A stretch of 62,982 bases of DNA, the filler included, from an uncultured Methanosarcinales archaeon (GTDB lineage Archaea > Nanobdellota > Nanobdellia > Woesearchaeales > CAYNLP01), in assembly GCA_964398115.1 (NCBI GenBank). It is 7 parts of 7 records of this genome, joined end to end, with 100 filler letters (N's around TTAATTAATTAA, not from the genome) between each part and the next. Parts side by side here need not be neighbours in the genome. Positions count along the whole stretch, not along the records: positions 21,722 to 31,363 come from CAYNLP010000029.1; positions 31,464 to 40,954 come from CAYNLP010000030.1; 5 more parts are not named here. One strand, 5' to 3'. Every line of letters begins with the position of its first letter. Positions within the stretch are counted from its first letter, which is position 1. Below are positions 29,900 through 39,507 of the stretch, one piece after another. The notes under the pieces are model-generated. The model did no database searches. It saw only the letters and a list, made by a program, of their open reading frames with translations, and was not told where the DNA came from. Both the position numbers and the translations under genes were made by a program.

Positions 29900-31363
29900 T
29901 TAAGTTGATGTTGGTGTTGGTGGTGGACTGTAGGATATGTTGCCATCCGATCTTACCCAATAACCGTCGTAAGGGAACATGTTTTTATTGGGCATAACGG
30001 AAGTGTCGATACCGAATGGCATTTCTGCGTCACTTCCCCAACTGTTTGTCGGAACCTTTCTGTCGTTAAACGTTCCAGGCACCCAGAGACTTAGTATGCC
30101 AGCTTGGTCGGATGTGGATTTGTAACCTACAAGTTCGTTGTAGGCTAGGTTGTCGTTCATAGCTCCGATTAAGTTCCAACCTTGAGTTAATTGTTTAGAA
30201 CCGTCGTTGCTATCTGCGAAGTCGAAACCTATTCCTGTTGCACTGGTTAGGTGAATGAATACTGCATTAGCAGGGTTCTTCAAAGCATCTGCTGCCGTGC
30301 TTCCACTACCATTAGCGAATCCAGTTGTAGGCGTGTAAGTTATCATATCGTCAAAGGTGGAACTGGGCAATCCGAAACTGTCAGCTTTCTGAGGAGCGGA
30401 TACCAACACATATTTTCCAGGCGTTGTGAGCGCTACTGTTTGATCGAAGCAACCACCTCCCTCAGAGAGTAGCCATGGTCGGAAATCGACATTTCCTATT
30501 ACGTCTGATCCAGGACCCTTTGGTCCTGATGTATGCCCCCACCAGTTACATTCTGCGTTCAATTCTCCTGATAGAGCCTCTTTGAAACCTCCTTCGTTTC
30601 CAAGTCTTCCGTTGCGGACACCTACATCCATATTTGTGAGTGAGTTTCTCGTTACTTTTGTGCGGTTAGGTGCACCGACGAGAATGCCGTAGTCAACGTT
30701 ATAAATTTTGTTGTTTTCAACAAGAGCTCCTGCGAGTGCCCAATTAGAACCAGATGAACCGCTAATCAAAGCCTCTGGATTAATCAATATCCCCATACTT
30801 TGATTACCTGCTCCTGGTAATCCGGAGAGATCATGCACTGAGTTGTTCCTTATTTCTACTCCTGCTCCAGGACTTTGTCCGCTGAGTTCTTCAATCCACA
30901 TTCCGCTTCCTTGAGAACCGTTTCCTCCGATGTCGTAGATTTCGTTATTAGCTACGACCATGTTGGACAATGGATTGCTTCCAAAGGTAAGTATGCCCCA
31001 ACTACGCCAGTTGACATGTCCTCTTTGCGCAGACATTCCATGAATCTTGTTATCGATAATTTTTAGACCTGAGTACGATTCTTTGGCCCATATGGTGATT
31101 CCGCTGGGTGTGCTTGAATCTCCAACGAGTTCAAATCCTTTAATGGCAGTGTTGTCACCTCCCAGCTTTACAGCGGGTGCATTTCCTTGCGCTATAATTT
31201 TTGGTCTGGAAGAAACCGATGATTTGAGAGTCACGTTGTCTTTCCTTAAAGTTATAGATTCCTCATAAGTCCCGCTTTGAACCTTAATTGTGTCTCCACT
31301 GCTTGCTGCATCTATTCCTCCTTGGATTGTATCGGAGAGCGCTACTGTCGGGTTTCTGATAAC
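29900..31363 (-). CDS. Parallel beta-helix surface protein (5' partial)
   Basis: ORF open to the gap (TIQGGIDAASSGDTIKVQSGTYEE); NAECNWWGHTSGP; LTQGWNLIG. Confidence 0.75.
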   Translation of the reverse strand, partial: VIRNPTVALSDTIQGGIDAASSGDTIKVQSGTYEESITLRKDNVTLKSSVSSRPKIIAQGNAPAVKLGGDNTAIKGFELVGDSSTPSGITIWAKESYSGLKIIDNKIHGMSAQRGHVNWRSWGILTFGSNPLSNMVVANNEIYDIGGNGSQGSGMWIEELSGQSPGAGVEIRNNSVHDLSGLPGAGNQSMGILINPEALISGSSGSNWALAGALVENNKIYNVDYGILVGAPNRTKVTRNSLTNMDVGVRNGRLGNEGGFKEALSGELNAECNWWGHTSGPKGPGSDVIGNVDFRPWLLSEGGGCFDQTVALTTPGKYVLVSAPQKADSFGLPSSTFDDMITYTPTTGFANGSGSTAADALKNPANAVFIHLTSATGIGFDFADSNDGSKQLTQGWNLIGAMNDNLAYNELVGYKSTSDQAGILSLWVPGTFNDRKVPTNSWGSDAEMPFGIDTSVMPNKNMFPYDGYWVRSDGNISYSPPPTPTST

Positions 31364-31558
31364 NNNNNNNNNNNNNNNNNNNNNNNNNNNNNNNNNNNNN
31401 NNNNNNNTTAATTAATTAANNNNNNNNNNNNNNNNNNNNNNNNNNNNNNNNNNNNNNNNNNNNTCTTCAACTTTCTCCATATCTGACTGGAAAAACAATC
31501 TTTCTTAAAAATATTTGCTACCTGAACATTTTTTAAACACACAGCTTTCTGAGAAAAT

Positions 31559-32062
31559 GTGATGAAAGGACAAAGTTTCAAAAACACAGTGGCTGAATGT
31601 CACGAGACATGGCTGGCTAAAGAACTAGGTTTAGAAAGAAGTGACTCAGGAATTGACTTGTCCGATGAAGACATAGCAATAGAAGTCAAGTCCTGGTGGA
31701 GAAGACACAACACGTATAACTTTTCAATACCAACCTACCAAAGAGAAAGGTTTCCCGAAGACCTTCCAAACCACGTTTTTTACTGGGCTTTAATAGATTA
31801 CGAACTAAGAGTTAATGATTCCAAACAAGTTGAAAACGACGACTTAGAACCTTTAGTTACAAGCAGAACATCAAGAATTCTTCCTTGGAACTGGATTGAT
31901 GACATCCCGAAATCACAAGCTAGGCATGAAGAATATTACTATGTAAAGGAAAGACACATTCCAGAAGAAGATTATTTCGAACGTTTTGAAACAAGTGGTG
32001 GTGAAATCTACATCCCTAAAAGTTCAAGAGAACTAAAAACTCGGATTGAAATTCCTTTCTGA
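31559..32062 (+). CDS. Restriction endonuclease-like PD-(D/E)xK protein
   Basis: HETWLAKEL; GIDLSDEDIAIEVKS. Confidence 0.55.
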   Translation: MMKGQSFKNTVAECHETWLAKELGLERSDSGIDLSDEDIAIEVKSWWRRHNTYNFSIPTYQRERFPEDLPNHVFYWALIDYELRVNDSKQVENDDLEPLVTSRTSRILPWNWIDDIPKSQARHEEYYYVKERHIPEEDYFERFETSGGEIYIPKSSRELKTRIEIPF

Positions 32063-32127
32063 TTAGAAAAAGCGTTGAACCATAAAAGACAGTTTTTAAA
32101 AGCAAACGTTCATTAACAAGACATACA

Positions 32128-32484
32128 ATGAGTTACGAAACAGTTTCTAAAGAAGAAGTACAAGACATGATGGGCAACGACGATGTAGAAGTAGTATACG
32201 TTTTGAAAGAAAAACAATACAAACATCAACACATCAAAGGCAGTAGAAACATCCCACTAGATGTTTTGAAAGAAAAAGCTTGGAAACAAATGGACAAGGA
32301 CAAGAAATACGTTGTTTACTGCTTTAACTACGACTGCCAAGCCAGCGTCAAAGCCGCACGATTCTTAGATGAAAAAGGATTTGAAGTTTACGACTACGAA
32401 GGCGGAATCGAAGAATGGGCTAAAGAAGGGCTCCCAACCCAAGGAAGTTTGAGCAGAGAAGAATTCCTAGAACACGCAAGTTAA
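32128..32484 (+). CDS. Rhodanese-like domain protein
   Basis: HIKGSRNIP, VVYC, YEGGIEEW. Confidence 0.9.
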   Translation: MSYETVSKEEVQDMMGNDDVEVVYVLKEKQYKHQHIKGSRNIPLDVLKEKAWKQMDKDKKYVVYCFNYDCQASVKAARFLDEKGFEVYDYEGGIEEWAKEGLPTQGSLSREEFLEHAS

Positions 32485-32831
32485 TGAAAAACGTACTCTT
32501 CCTAATCTACGCCGGAACGGAAAGCCACGAATCTATGGGTAGAGTTACCAACGCACTAGTTATGGCAAAAGAATTCAAAGAAGAAGGCCACAATATTGAG
32601 ATAATATTCGACGGTGCCGGAACAGAATGGGTCCCGGAACTAAAAAAAGAAAGTCACGATTTAAACCCTATGTACGAAGCTGTCAAGGAAGATGTAGAAA
32701 GTGTCTGCGAATTCTGTGCGGGAGCTTTCAAAGTAGAAACTTCTGATGAAGATCCTATCGCTGGAGGTTACGAAGGACATCCAAGTATGACAAAGTATTT
32801 GGAAAAAGACTACGAAATTTTAACTTTCTAA
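32484..32831 (+). CDS. DsrE-family protein
   Basis: IIFDGAG, CEFCAGAF, GHPSM..Y. Confidence 0.8.
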   Translation: MKNVLFLIYAGTESHESMGRVTNALVMAKEFKEEGHNIEIIFDGAGTEWVPELKKESHDLNPMYEAVKEDVESVCEFCAGAFKVETSDEDPIAGGYEGHPSMTKYLEKDYEILTF

Positions 32832-32873
32832 CGAAAAAACTATAAATAACCTTATACTTTTTCTAGTCGCACG

Positions 32874-34244
32874 ATGGGGTTAAAAACATATAACACTTTA
32901 TCTGGAGAGAAAGAAGAATTCGAACCATTAGGCGATGAAGTAAAAGTATTCGTTTGCGGACCAACCGTATACGACTATTCACACATAGGCCACGGCAAGA
33001 CCTACACACAATTCGACGTGATAATAAGATACCTAAGATGGAAAGGATACGACGTGTTCTACCTAATGAACATAACTGATATCGATGATAAAATAATAGA
33101 CAAAGCAAAAGATACAGACAAGAATTGGGAAGAACTCGCCCGAAAGTTTGAAGAAAAATTCTTAGAAGACATGAAAAGCCTTGGAAACACTGCAGTAACT
33201 GAATACGCAAGAGCAACCGATCACCTCGATTGGATAATAAAACAAGTACAAGACTTGCTAGAAAAAGACTACGCATACCACACCTCTGACGGTATCTACT
33301 TCCACATACCCAAATTTGAAGAATACGGGAAACTATCAAACCAAGACTTGGAAGAAATAGAAGCAGGCGCAAGAGTAGATGTTAACGAAGAAAAGAAACA
33401 CCCTGCTGATTTCTGCTTGTGGAAAAAGCACAAACCCGGTGATCCTTGGTGGGACAGTCCTTGGGGTAAGGGAAGACCAGGATGGCACATTGAAGACACG
33501 GCCATTACAGAAAGCTATTTCGGACCTCAATACGATCTACACGGTGGAGCAGAAGACTTAATCTTTCCGCATCACGAGAGCGAGATCGCACAGCAAGAAG
33601 CAGCAAGCGGAAAGAAACCACTAGTGAAATACTGGCTGCACACAGCATTCCTAAACATAAATGAAGAGAAGATGAGTAAAAGCCTCGGAAACTTCATAAC
33701 TATAAGGGACGCGATTGATGACTGGGGAGCTCGAACCATGAGATACTACTACGTCAGCCACCACTACCGAACCCCTTTGGAATACAGCGAAGAAAACATC
33801 GAACATGCAAAGAACAGTTTACAAAGATTGGACAACTTCGTTCAAGACCTCATGTCAGTAGAGCAAGAAGGAGAGAATGAACAGGTTGAAGGACTAACTG
33901 ACAAACTCCTAGAAAAATTCGAGAAAGAAATGGATGACGACTTCAACACTCCTGGAGCATTCGCGGCAATATTCGATTTCATGAAAGAAGTGAACAAACT
34001 TGACCTCGGAAGGCAAGATGCAGAAAACATACTTGACACGTTGAAAAAGATTGACGAAGTACTAAAAATATTTGACTTCGAACAAGTACAAATCCCTGAC
34101 GCCGTTCAAAGTTTAGTTGAAAAGAGAGAACAAGCTAGAAAAGATGAAGACTGGGAACTAGCTGACAAGTTAAGAGAAAAGATAAAAAAGAAAGGATATA
34201 AAGTTGAGGACACTGAAAAAGGTCCTCTTGTTAAAAAATTCTAG
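32874..34244 (+). CDS. cysS: Cysteinyl-tRNA synthetase
   Basis: CGPTVYD, HIGH, GRPGWHIE, DLIFPHHE, KMSKS. Confidence 0.97.
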   Translation: MGLKTYNTLSGEKEEFEPLGDEVKVFVCGPTVYDYSHIGHGKTYTQFDVIIRYLRWKGYDVFYLMNITDIDDKIIDKAKDTDKNWEELARKFEEKFLEDMKSLGNTAVTEYARATDHLDWIIKQVQDLLEKDYAYHTSDGIYFHIPKFEEYGKLSNQDLEEIEAGARVDVNEEKKHPADFCLWKKHKPGDPWWDSPWGKGRPGWHIEDTAITESYFGPQYDLHGGAEDLIFPHHESEIAQQEAASGKKPLVKYWLHTAFLNINEEKMSKSLGNFITIRDAIDDWGARTMRYYYVSHHYRTPLEYSEENIEHAKNSLQRLDNFVQDLMSVEQEGENEQVEGLTDKLLEKFEKEMDDDFNTPGAFAAIFDFMKEVNKLDLGRQDAENILDTLKKIDEVLKIFDFEQVQIPDAVQSLVEKREQARKDEDWELADKLREKIKKKGYKVEDTEKGPLVKKF

Positions 34245-34777
34245 CGAAAGGTTTCGTAATGTCCTTCACGTATGAAAGTGCCTATACCACCTAGTCGTGC
34301 ATCTGATTCTCTTTTCAGAGGGCTATAGACTACATCTTCATCCGCTCTGTAATTCTCGTTAAGAAACCTATCAGAAGCTAGAAGTGCAAAATCTGGTGGA
34401 AGGCCTTCGTTGACATTATCCACATCGGATGATATTGCGTTTAAGTATTCTGCAAGAACTAGTCCTGGGTGTTGCCCGCTATCTATAGAGGCAAGCAATC
34501 TGTTAGCATCTTCTCCAACTGGAGTATCAGGCATTAGATCTCGGAATTTTCGGACTCTTTCATATCCAACTCTATCCACTAATTCTGCTGCTGTTTTGAC
34601 GTCAACTCCATATTGGCTGTGTAAGGCCATAGTTTCTTCTTCCCAAGGTTGTCTATTTCTCCCTGGCGTGTCTAATTCTTCACTGACAATGTCTTCAACT
34701 CTTTCTTCCCGAGCTCTTGATACTTCTCTATCAGCTTCTTTTGCTTTTAAACCTTGAATTCCACGATCTTTGCTCAT
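34241..34777 (-). CDS. Hypothetical protein
   Basis: 178-aa ORF with GGAGG upstream. Confidence 0.55.
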   Translation of the reverse strand: MSKDRGIQGLKAKEADREVSRAREERVEDIVSEELDTPGRNRQPWEEETMALHSQYGVDVKTAAELVDRVGYERVRKFRDLMPDTPVGEDANRLLASIDSGQHPGLVLAEYLNAISSDVDNVNEGLPPDFALLASDRFLNENYRADEDVVYSPLKRESDARLGGIGTFIREGHYETFR

Positions 34778-34880
34778 TGATTCATCCCTCCCTATGTTTT
34801 GTTACAACTAATCGGTACAAAAAAGAAGTTGAAGGTTTTATTTAAAGGTTTCGCTTCTACAACTACAATGCGTAATATAA

Positions 34881-37250
34881 TTAGTTAATTTTGACAGAAA
34901 CTGTCTCTCCCTTTTCAAGCTCAACTCTTTCCGCGTTAGAAATACCAGCAATATCACGCTTTGCAAGTGTTAAATCAACAGGAGCTTCCACCAAAACTTT
35001 TTCCAGTTCGGTCCCCAAGCTCATATTGTTTTCAGTCTTGTACTTTCTAATTTTAGCAACGACTTCCGTAGCAATATTCCCTACTTCTAGAACTTTTTCA
35101 TCCACACCTTCGTAACTAGGCCAATCACTTGTGTGAATACTACCTTCCTTTTCAAAACCATTTTGATAAAGTTCTTCAGTGATGTGAGGCATATAAGGAG
35201 CGAACAATTTCAAAACTCCTATCAACGTTTTCTTCAAAGTGTACTGCGCACTCTCCCTAGCACTTTCACTTCTTTCCTCATTATACAATCGGTCTTTAAC
35301 AAATTCCAAGTAGTAGTCACAGAAAACATTCCAGAAGAAATCATCAATTTCGTTTTTAGCCTTACTAAACTGATATTCATCCAATAAGTCAGTGCTTTTC
35401 CTAACAACTTGATTGAACTTTGACAAAATCCACTCATCAATTATTTCCAATTCTTCAGGCTTTCCTCCTTCAAAATCATCTAAGTTCATCAAAACCAATT
35501 TTGAAGCATTCCATAATTTCCTAATAGTTTTTTGACCAGTCTTAACATCCTTCTCTTTGTACGGCAAGTCTTCACCAGGTTTGCTTTCTGCAGCCCAAAA
35601 CCTCATAGCGTCAGTACTGTACTCTTCCATAACTTTTTTCGGCTCAACAATGTTCCCTTTGGACTTGCTCATTTTCTCCCCATTAGGGTCTAAGACAAAT
35701 CCAGAGATGAGGCAGTCATGCCAAGGAAGTTCACCATCATGGATGTGGCTTCTGACCACGGTGTTGAACAACCAGAAAGTTATTATGTCATGAGCTTGAG
35801 GTCTTAAATCCATAGGTAACAAGTCGTCAAAAACCTCTTCATCTTTAAACAATTCAGCAGCTATCCTAGGCGTCAAACTACTAGTAGCCCACGTATCCAT
35901 AATGTCATCTTCCGGAACTACTTCATCCATGCTATATCCTTCCGGAGCTTCTTCTAACGGATCAATTGGGAGATTTTCTTCCTTTGCAAATATTGGCTCT
36001 CCTGTTTCTTTATCATACCAAACTGGGAAAGGCACACCACTATACCTTTGTCTGCTGATGCACCAATCCCATTCTAACCCTTTAATCCAATTATCGTATC
36101 GGTGCTTCATATGTTCCGGATACCAGTCGAGTTGTTCTCCTCTCTCTAAGAAGTCGTCTTTCAAATCCAAGTATTTGATAAACCACTGCTTGCTATGGAT
36201 ATACTCTACTTTCGTTCCACACCTTTCGTGCACGTTAACTTCATGCTTTATCCTCTCCTGATCTTTCAACAAATCTTCTTCATGCAGGTCGATAGCTATT
36301 TGTTTCTGAGCTTCTTCAATTTCCATCCCTTCATATTTTCCGGCGAGTTCCGTCATCTTCCCATCTCGTGTTATAGCTTCTTTGATAGGAAGATCGTAAG
36401 CTTTCTGCCACTCCATATCGGTTTGATCTCCAAAAGTGCAGCACATCACAATTCCCGTACCTTTTTCTGGATCTACCCTTTCATCAGAATAAATAGAAAC
36501 TTTGAAGTCAAACAAGGGAACCTTTGCCTTTTTTCCTTCCAATCCTTGATATCTTTCATCTTCAGGATGGTAGAATACTGCTACACAAGCCGGTAACAAT
36601 TCTGGCCGAGTAGTTGCAATTATTAATTCTTCACCTTCTACTTCGAATATGAGGTCGTTGAAGAAAGCGTCAAATTCTTCATCTTCCATCTCTACTTGGC
36701 TGATAGCTGTTTGACATTCAGGACACCAAATAGCAGGGGCTTCTTTCCTGTAAACCCTGTCCTTATCTGCTAAATCCAAGAATTGCCGTTGGGAAATCTC
36801 CTTACAATGATCGTCTCTAGTAGAATAGAGGATGTCCCAGTCACAACTCAAGCCTATATCTCGCCATTCTTCTATAACTCTTGGTTGGAACTTGTCTTTC
36901 AAAGTTTTCAAAGTTAATTCTTTGAAGTCGTCGCGACTCATATCCGTAGCTTTCACGTCTTCGCTTCGTTCAATCAACCTTTCCGTGGCTAAACCGTTAT
37001 CGTCTGTACCGAACGGATAGAACACATTATATCCTTGCATTCGCTTATACCTCGCTATGATGTCTGCGTGAGTATAGCTGAAAGCGTGTCCTATATGCAT
37101 CTTTCCAGAAACAGTCGGTGGTGGTGTGTCAATACTATATATAGGTTTGTCACTATCCGGATCGAATTTGTAAACATCGTTTTCAATCCACCATTCTTGC
37201 CACTTATCTTCTGCTTCATCCGCGTTGTAATTTTTAGGTAAACTTGTCAT
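34881..37250 (-). CDS. valS: Valyl-tRNA synthetase (archaeal type)
   Basis: IDTPPPTVSG, HIGH, GTGIVMCCTFGD, DWCISRQR, KMSKS. Confidence 0.96.
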   Translation of the reverse strand: MTSLPKNYNADEAEDKWQEWWIENDVYKFDPDSDKPIYSIDTPPPTVSGKMHIGHAFSYTHADIIARYKRMQGYNVFYPFGTDDNGLATERLIERSEDVKATDMSRDDFKELTLKTLKDKFQPRVIEEWRDIGLSCDWDILYSTRDDHCKEISQRQFLDLADKDRVYRKEAPAIWCPECQTAISQVEMEDEEFDAFFNDLIFEVEGEELIIATTRPELLPACVAVFYHPEDERYQGLEGKKAKVPLFDFKVSIYSDERVDPEKGTGIVMCCTFGDQTDMEWQKAYDLPIKEAITRDGKMTELAGKYEGMEIEEAQKQIAIDLHEEDLLKDQERIKHEVNVHERCGTKVEYIHSKQWFIKYLDLKDDFLERGEQLDWYPEHMKHRYDNWIKGLEWDWCISRQRYSGVPFPVWYDKETGEPIFAKEENLPIDPLEEAPEGYSMDEVVPEDDIMDTWATSSLTPRIAAELFKDEEVFDDLLPMDLRPQAHDIITFWLFNTVVRSHIHDGELPWHDCLISGFVLDPNGEKMSKSKGNIVEPKKVMEEYSTDAMRFWAAESKPGEDLPYKEKDVKTGQKTIRKLWNASKLVLMNLDDFEGGKPEELEIIDEWILSKFNQVVRKSTDLLDEYQFSKAKNEIDDFFWNVFCDYYLEFVKDRLYNEERSESARESAQYTLKKTLIGVLKLFAPYMPHITEELYQNGFEKEGSIHTSDWPSYEGVDEKVLEVGNIATEVVAKIRKYKTENNMSLGTELEKVLVEAPVDLTLAKRDIAGISNAERVELEKGETVSVKIN

Positions 37251-37291
37251 GTAGGAATTCAGAACAGAAAATAGTTATTTAAATATTGTCA

Positions 37292-38119
37292 TTAGAGCAA
37301 TGGATTTTGTCCGCCATACAACGCTTGGAACTGTCCATTCTTGAACTCCAAGCTGAAAATGTCATGATTTGTATCTGTAGCTCTCATCTTAACCACGCGG
37401 ATTTCTCTAACTACAGTTCTCCTGAATGGAGTCAATCTTAAGTGGATGATTGCGTCTGATAAGAAGTCTTCAATGCCGAACTCCCCAAATTTGTCTTCTT
37501 CGCTTCCTTGAATTTCTGAAATTAAGTAAGTGGTTAATCCCATGTCTCGTAGGAATTCGAAAATGTAGAAGAGTTCAATTCGCGGGTTTTCAAACCTTGA
37601 TAGCACGTAGAGTGCAGAGAGTGAGTCAAGAACGAATAGTTCTAAATCAGTTTGTTGCTTGACTTTTTTAACAATATTCTTGATAACATTCAGCCAGCTC
37701 TTGTTATTCTCTACCTTGGTATCGTTAACTTCTTTTCGGATTGCTCCAACATCAACGAGTATGAGCTTACCGGCGTCTTTTTTCTCCTTGGGTTGTCCAA
37801 CTTTGCTGGATAATGTAGCAAGATCGTCAACGACGACAAGGTTGACCTTTTCTAAGTCGTAACCGAGGTTTCTCATTTGTTTTAGTAAGCTGTCATGGCT
37901 TTGTTCAATAGAAACGTACAAGCCGGTGTGTCCATGCACTGCTTCGTTATATAATACGTTGAAAGAAACTGAGCTTTTCATTGTACCCGCGCTTCCTGCT
38001 ACGAGTGCAATGTCTCCTTCTGGCATTCCACCCTGGATATTTTCATCTAATCCTTTGATATATGTCTTTACTCTGCGGAAATCTTCACTTCTTCCCTTTG
38101 GTGGTGGAAATTGTGCCAA
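37292..38119 (-). CDS. KaiC/RAD55-family RecA-like ATPase
   Basis: GLDENIQGG, Walker A GSAGTMKS, LFVLDSL, IRVVKMRAT. Confidence 0.85.
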   Translation of the reverse strand: MAQFPPPKGRSEDFRRVKTYIKGLDENIQGGMPEGDIALVAGSAGTMKSSVSFNVLYNEAVHGHTGLYVSIEQSHDSLLKQMRNLGYDLEKVNLVVVDDLATLSSKVGQPKEKKDAGKLILVDVGAIRKEVNDTKVENNKSWLNVIKNIVKKVKQQTDLELFVLDSLSALYVLSRFENPRIELFYIFEFLRDMGLTTYLISEIQGSEEDKFGEFGIEDFLSDAIIHLRLTPFRRTVVREIRVVKMRATDTNHDIFSLEFKNGQFQALYGGQNPLL

Positions 38120-38169
38120 TTTGTTTCACCTCTTTTTCTAAGTTCAATCTAGTTATTGGTTTATATTAT

Positions 38170-39402
38170 TTATGCTTCATGAACGATGTCTTGTACTTGT
38201 CCTTCTTTTACATTCACAACTATGTTTTTAAGGTCTTCGTCTAACGCGCAGCCAACTATAAAACCGTTGGTCTTGTACTGCCATATCTTTTCTGCCTTAA
38301 CATCTCCTGGTTTTCTTGTCATGACTTCAGAACTGTGTCCTGATTGGTGCACCACTCCACCTAGACCTGGCACGTAATCAAGGCTGTAAAATCCTTTTGA
38401 GTCTAAAACGTACAAGTTGTGGTCATAACTACCAACAATGACTTCTTTATTACCATCGCCGTCAATGTCTTCTACGAGTGGTGGTGCGACCACCCAAAAG
38501 TAGGTTTCATAAGACCAGATAGTATCGCCGTGGCTTGTGATAGCATAAACGTTGTTGTCACAAGATCCAAAAACGATTTCTTTTTTACCGTCATCATTTA
38601 AATCGGCAATGTTTGCCTTAGAAAGTATGGCTCCTCTGGTAGGATATTCCCACACGAGGTTTCCTTTCTCATCCAAAGCATAAAGGTTATAATCTGTTGA
38701 GCCAACAACTATTATACGGTTGCCGTTGTCAAACAAGTCATCCACTGCGGGTTGGGCAACAACTTTATCATCAGTTTCAAACCTCCACTCTTCTTCACCC
38801 TTGTATTCTACACATCTAATACTTCCATCGTGACATCCAAACACTATCTTCTCACCTACAAGTTGAGGAGTGCACTCAATATCAGTGTCGGTTTCGTGTT
38901 TCCATTTCAACTCTCCTCTAGCACTAACAACGTATAAGTTACCGTCTAACGAACCGAAAATGATTTCAAGCATTCCATCTCCATCAATATCTCTCAATAA
39001 AGGACTAGACCTGATAGGTCCTTTAGTTTCAAACTTCCATTCAATCTCCCCCTTATTGTTCAAAACGTATAAATTGCCATTTTCAGTTCCAAAAACCACT
39101 TCATTCATCTTGTCGTCATCGATGTCGCCAATTTGCGGGCTGTCACTAATCTTGTTAGCAGCTTCCGGGTCTTGGAAATAACTCTCTACTTCTCCTACCT
39201 CTTCATTCACATTATACTTCCATTTAACTTCAGAATTTTCATCCAATAAGAACACACGACCATCTTTAGTCCCTAAAACTATTTCTCTTCGACCATCTTG
39301 ATCCACATCGTATACCATAGGGCCTGCGAGGAGATCACTTTGGACGTCAACCCTCCACTTCTCAGTTAAGTGGCCTTTTCTTTCCTTGTTAAATAAACCC
39401 AT
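38170..39402 (-). CDS. FG-GAP/PQQ-like beta-propeller repeat protein
   Basis: Repeated D(I/V)DGDG..E(I/V)(I/V)FGS.D.NLY.L...G...W; no signal peptide. Confidence 0.85.
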   Translation of the reverse strand: MGLFNKERKGHLTEKWRVDVQSDLLAGPMVYDVDQDGRREIVLGTKDGRVFLLDENSEVKWKYNVNEEVGEVESYFQDPEAANKISDSPQIGDIDDDKMNEVVFGTENGNLYVLNNKGEIEWKFETKGPIRSSPLLRDIDGDGMLEIIFGSLDGNLYVVSARGELKWKHETDTDIECTPQLVGEKIVFGCHDGSIRCVEYKGEEEWRFETDDKVVAQPAVDDLFDNGNRIIVVGSTDYNLYALDEKGNLVWEYPTRGAILSKANIADLNDDGKKEIVFGSCDNNVYAITSHGDTIWSYETYFWVVAPPLVEDIDGDGNKEVIVGSYDHNLYVLDSKGFYSLDYVPGLGGVVHQSGHSSEVMTRKPGDVKAEKIWQYKTNGFIVGCALDEDLKNIVVNVKEGQVQDIVHEA

Positions 39403-39507
39403 ACACTTTATTACCTCTTTCCACGCGTATAAAAATCTTTCTTTTAGTAACTATATAGATACGAACGGGCAATAAATTTATATAGTGTCTTCACAAAAAG
39501 TCGTTAT

